Shown: in pieces, positions 60,501 to 64,000 of the stretch
Position numbering within the stretch: the first letter of the stretch is position 1
Layout: the number at the start of each line of letters is the position of its first letter
NCBI RefSeq assembly: GCF_964204645.1
Contig: NC_134034.1
Span: 10,800,962-10,864,961, forward strand
Direction of reading: 5' to 3'
DNA: 64,000 nucleotides
Source: Tubulanus polymorphus
Lineage: Eukaryota; Animalia; Nemertea
The notes under the pieces: generated by a model
What the model saw: the letters and a program-made list of their open reading frames with translations, nothing else
Databases searched by the model: none
What the model was told of the DNA's origin: nothing
Made by a program: the position numbers and the translations under genes

Positions 60501-63500
60501 CTTTAATGTTTTAAGCTTAGAACTTTTTCATGACACTGAACCCAGGGCCTAATTCCAGCCAAATTTAACTAACTGTGGAACCCAGTCATCAGTTGACTTA
60601 CGTAATCCACTCTTCCTCAGTGGAATGAGGTTAGTAACGGATTTATAGCACGGTAGTTTCAGTAATACAGTATCCTCCTGTTCGCTGAGCGTCAGTAATT
60701 CCTGTACGAACACCTTGTGTTCGACTACGTTCAAATCGATCGTGAACAACCGCGGTTTCAACGTCGTACAAAACGTATTTCCATCCTAAATTAATAAACA
60801 AATTACTTAATTGAATATTCAATTAAATCCTTAATAAAACCCATTCAATAGGTTACTCAAACTCATTAGCTAATTGATATTTAAATTTTGTTCTCACCAT
60901 GAGTCCTATCTGAGCGTTTGCTGGTTGATGTCGCAGTAGATGTTTTTTCGGAGGTATTATATCTTGTAAAACGTCTTTGTGCGGTTCCATGATGTCGGTC
61001 ACCGATTTCTCCATCACTTTCGCCAGAACTTGTAAACAATGCATCGACTTGAAATGAGAAAAAATCGTTTTCAGAACTCAATGACTCAGCTGCTCATTTT
61101 AAGCGCCTGCTTTGTTGCAATTTTTGGAATTCAAACCATCTGCTGTGTTGCAACTTTTGAATTCAAGCCGTCTGCTATGTTGAAACTTTTGAATTCAAAC
61201 CGTCTGCCATGTTGCAACTTTTGAATTCAAACCGTCTGCCATGTTGCAACTACTGAGTTAAAACTGTCTGCTGTATTGCAATATTTGAATTCGAACCGTC
61301 TGCTGTGTTGCGAGTATAACTATAGTTACCTGCTCTCTGACTAGTGTATTCGGAGATGTCACTTGTCTGACGAGTTCGTGGATGACGTCGTGAAGAGATT
61401 TCTCGCGAATCGCGTGAAGTTCTTCGTCCTCGTCTTTATTTTTTAGATCTTTAGCGCACAGAGTTAACATGTGTTCTAGATTCAGTTTAGCCATGTCGAC
61501 AGCGCCGCTCGATACCTGCAATAATCAGTAGAACTAACTCTTTAGAAACATCTAGAACCACGAGCAATAGACAAAGCTGGGTTACAGTCTACATCTGAAC
61601 CCAGCTCTACAGTTAGTTATATCTCAATCTGGAGTCAAAATGAGTTCATTTCAACGTTGAAAATCTTAACTGAGAACTGTGAAACTGTTTTACAATCTAA
61701 TCACACTTGAGAAACCTCTCAATCAGTTTGCACCAGAAATTCCAGTTTCTTAAGAGGGGGTACAGTTATGATATTGAAGACTGACCTCTCCTGTAAGGAG
61801 GGGTACATTAATGGGAGACCTCGCCTGTGAGGAGGGGCACAGATATGAGCCGGGGTAGAGTAAGAGAAGGTATTGGCGACTGACCTCTCCTGTAAGATCC
61901 ATCATTACGAACAGTAACGCTTTCAGAAACAGGAATTGATGTTCGAGCAACCAACGAGTCGACATCCGTTCGTACAGAAACTTAATCGCCAAACATCTGA
62001 AACGATCATAAAATAAATCGGGTTGAGAACCGAGCGCGACGACTACAGGATTTCGAAGCAGACGGATTACGTACCCTCCTAGTTTAGCGTACCAAGCGCG
62101 ATCGTAACATAAAGCGCACATTTTCTCCGACAGATAATCGAACAACGGTAGTTTACACGCCTGAAATGATTACGATTAAACAAAAAACGCTACTCGCAAG
62201 TCTGATCGTTTGACTGGTTTGTTGTTTGATCGGAAATATATGCGATGTATTCTCTCAGCGTAGAAGATTACGAATAATCCCACGTAATGATGATAATAAA
62301 ATTGGGCAGCCACTTTTATTTGACTTTCCCCCCCCCCCGACTATTCCCTGTCACGCACGTAGTTTCCCTGACTTGATCTGCTAAGAATCCGATCAATTAA
62401 CGCAATCAAATACGTAAGACATTGACGGAAACTGTTTCATTTTACACTCAAACAAATTTCCATGACTTTTCCCTGAAATACTATTCCATGATATTCAAAC
62501 TATTCCATGTTGTTTCCCCTGACTATTCCCTGAAATGCAAGTTGTTTTCCCTGACTTGATCTGCTAAGAATCGAATCAATTAACACAGCCAAATACACGT
62601 AAGACACAGACAGAACCTGTTTGATTTTACACAAGATCTAACGATCTCAACAAATTTCCCTCGCTTATTTAAAGAAAAGAAAATTCTCAGACTTTTTCCT
62701 GATTTCCAGGTAAGTGGCCACATTGTAAAAGTTTATTTTTCACACTGTCTCAAGATTTTCTCGAGATTTATCTAAATCTCATCTTCAGTCTGAATTTCAT
62801 TACTAGCGATATCGTTCATTAGGATTGGCGAGCGAGTACCTTCTCCTTGGAGCCGAGTATCGTCGTCGCGATATCGAGTATGAGTACCATCGCTAGATTA
62901 CCCGGTTTACACAACTCTTTCTCCTCGTGACCCATTATAACGGCGAGCGCGTCGATCAACACCTGCGGATCCATTCCTGTTAGTTTCGATTGTTTATCCA
63001 TTACCGGAAACGGACCTGAAATTACGAAATAAATTGAAGAACGAGCTTCGCATTCAGGTCAAATTTTTGGTTTAGTTTCACGGCATCTTGGCAATGAGGT
63101 CCACAATTAAGTATCATCAGCTTAACCAATTTCATAAAACCAGGAGAAGATTGAAAATTTGGTCAGTTATCACTACGGTTACACGTACCGGCTTGTTGAG
63201 CGATGGCGACCATCGTGTAATGACGAACCATCGAAGCCATAGTCGGCAGAACGGCCGGTCGTAATTCTCTGATAGCGGCGGCAACTGTCAATAAATCAAT
63301 CAAACGTTTATAACGATTTGAGGAATTAAGGGATCTGGAAGAGCGGGTAAAGCCCACAAAGCACGGAAACAGGGGATAGAAACAAGAGTGTTTTCATATG
63401 TCATGTGTGTTTACGAGAAAACATGGTCTCGGGAAACAATGTTTCCCAGTTCAAACCTGTTTCCTTCAGTGTTCCCTACGTCGTGCCCGTTTACGAGAAA

Positions 63501-63716
63501 CATGATTTCGGGAAACAATGTGCCTGAAATCAAACACGCTCGATTCCATGATCCTGTTTCCTTGCGTGGCGTGTGTTGGGTTCTTACACCTGTTCTTCGA
63601 GAAGTGTCTACTCACCGAACATGGCGGTTAACGCTTGTTCATGTACGTTACGCGTGTGCGAATCCTGATTCTTAAACAACAATCCGCAATAAACTGACGA
63701 TTCTACATCGGCAAAA
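36538..63716 (-). CDS. TRRAP: Transformation/transcription domain-associated protein (PIKK pseudokinase); partial, 5' end beyond the window; dozens of exons
   Basis: C-terminal FATC NLCRMDPAWHPWL* (stop 36538-36540); VPFRLTPNIADF, ESRREERVLQLLRMLNH, WFRENWYEEVLRQLRQGL, RATAPMWRCSRIMH, YDRAWYAKLGG, VRHYTMVAIAQQ. Confidence 0.98.
37940..38004 (+). repeat. Degenerate tRNA-like / SINE head fragment in a TRRAP intron
   Basis: ggtctactggttag...ccgggttcgatccccgg: T-arm with B-box, no intact acceptor stem. Confidence 0.5.
38399..38685. mobile_element. piggyBac-type MITE, TTAA TSD
   Basis: TTAA-CCCTTTCAGTG...CACTGAAAGGG-TTAA. Confidence 0.9.
40768..40941. mobile_element. pogo/Tigger-like MITE, TA TSD
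   Basis: ta-cagtggaacctc...gaggttccactg-ta; related fragments at ~21742 and ~51490-51745. Confidence 0.75.
42005..42300. mobile_element. piggyBac-type MITE, TTAA TSD
   Basis: Full TIRs and TTAA at both ends. Confidence 0.9.
42810..43330. repeat. ~120-bp tandem repeat in a TRRAP intron
   Basis: agatcatagc.ggacccataacaaatctggggtcaaatatc recurs 3-4 times. Confidence 0.9.
43822..44200 (-). mobile_element. 5'-truncated L2/CR1-type LINE 3' fragment with (TAT)n tail
   Basis: Minus-strand peptide LNGCAPWSLQSLVRYKSSDRVLRSSNQSLLVIPRV...RAFVYSGPRLWN resembles the ORF2 C-terminus of L2/CR1-group LINEs; ends in AATAAA plus (tat)n. Confidence 0.8.
45720..46460. repeat. ~61-bp tandem minisatellite (~12 units)
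   Basis: gtgtttgaatcctggtggtagcagtcagtcagtctttcactggtctctcatcaatccagggttcat repeated. Confidence 0.95.
48935..49095. repeat. Short tandem repeat whose unit is a CTCF-like motif
   Basis: gattg(t/c)caccagatggc x3 plus gccactagacagcg and gtcactagatggcg. Confidence 0.8.
49501..49632 (-). mobile_element. Second Penelope-like pseudo-LTR with a mutated hammerhead core
   Basis: Near-identical to 22244-22370; minus strand cacCTGATCAagcttctattcattagaagc..GAAAgcttgtg. Confidence 0.75.
50700..51260 (-). repeat. Array of ~13 degenerate copies of a TRRAP exon end plus donor (aaactagccctg|gtaag)
   Basis: Plus-strand cttaccagggctag recurring mostly every 31-44 bp up to the true donor at 51250. Confidence 0.9.
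57727..58566. mobile_element. piggyBac-type MITE interrupted by a nested 544-bp foldback element
   Basis: TTAA/TIRs at both ends; host sequence ttttgct|agtacacc is split by the insertion. Confidence 0.9.
57787..58330. mobile_element. Foldback element: ~250-bp near-perfect arms, ~45-bp spacer
   Basis: aatgtctatttattaattgatgagacctg ... caggtctcatcaattaataaatagacatc; arms complementary almost throughout. Confidence 0.9.
59850..60109. mobile_element. Foldback/MITE with ~90-bp TIRs, same terminal family (RATGTCTATTT)
   Basis: gatgtctatttcaacctgacttgagagcattcc ... ggaatgctctcaagtcaggttgaaatagacatt. Confidence 0.9.
61120..61320. repeat. ~30-bp tandem repeat
   Basis: ttttgaattcaaaccgtctgccatgttgcaac repeated ~6 times. 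Confidence 0.85.
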
Positions 63717-63734
63717 CTATAAAACAATAAATAG

Positions 63735-63897
63735 TTATTATAGGGTATAATATATCCTATAATATATCCTATAATATATATATTATAGGGTATACTATAT
63801 GGGGTATATTATAGGATATCGTATAGGGTATATTATAGGGTATATTATAGGGTATATTATAGGATATATTATACCCTATAATATACCCTATAATATA
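63735..63897. repeat. Low-complexity ~13-bp tattatagggtat repeat with inverted units
   Basis: Seen directly. Confidence 0.85.
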
Positions 63898-64000
63898 GTG
63901 ATGATGAATCATTCGAGTTTAGTGAATTATGGTAGTGGCAGACGTTTGTAACTCATAGTGGAGGAGGTTAGCTTGTTTAGGGCGGGATAGGTGGTCAAGG

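Overview
Eukaryotic genomic DNA from a bilaterian invertebrate (probably a marine spiralian), with AT-rich introns and unusually CpG-rich exons. Six protein-coding genes are recognisable: ferroportin/SLC40A1 (+, 8 coding exons), a CCDC177/CCDC185-like coiled-coil gene (-), LRRC61 (+, one coding exon), PGAP3 (+, 7 coding exons), an intronless TIMM50 (+), and the 3' portion of TRRAP (-, running off the right edge). Introns are packed with minisatellites and short non-autonomous elements: TTAA piggyBac-type, Harbinger-type and pogo/Tigger-type MITEs, large foldback elements, a tRNA-derived SINE, an L2/CR1 3' fragment, and Penelope-like pseudo-LTRs with hammerhead cores. Most notable observations: (1) tandem duplications seeded at 5' splice sites, giving arrays of decoy or alternative donors and candidate new 39-nt in-frame exons in PGAP3; (2) a ~0.8-kb G-U-biased RNA-like fold-back upstream of ferroportin; (3) a CAGUGA-containing hairpin array starting at the ferroportin stop codon; (4) a foldback family inserting at CT|AG without an evident TSD; (5) operon-like or shared-first-exon spacing of LRRC61 and PGAP3. 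Exon coordinates were derived by eye and may be off by a few bases.
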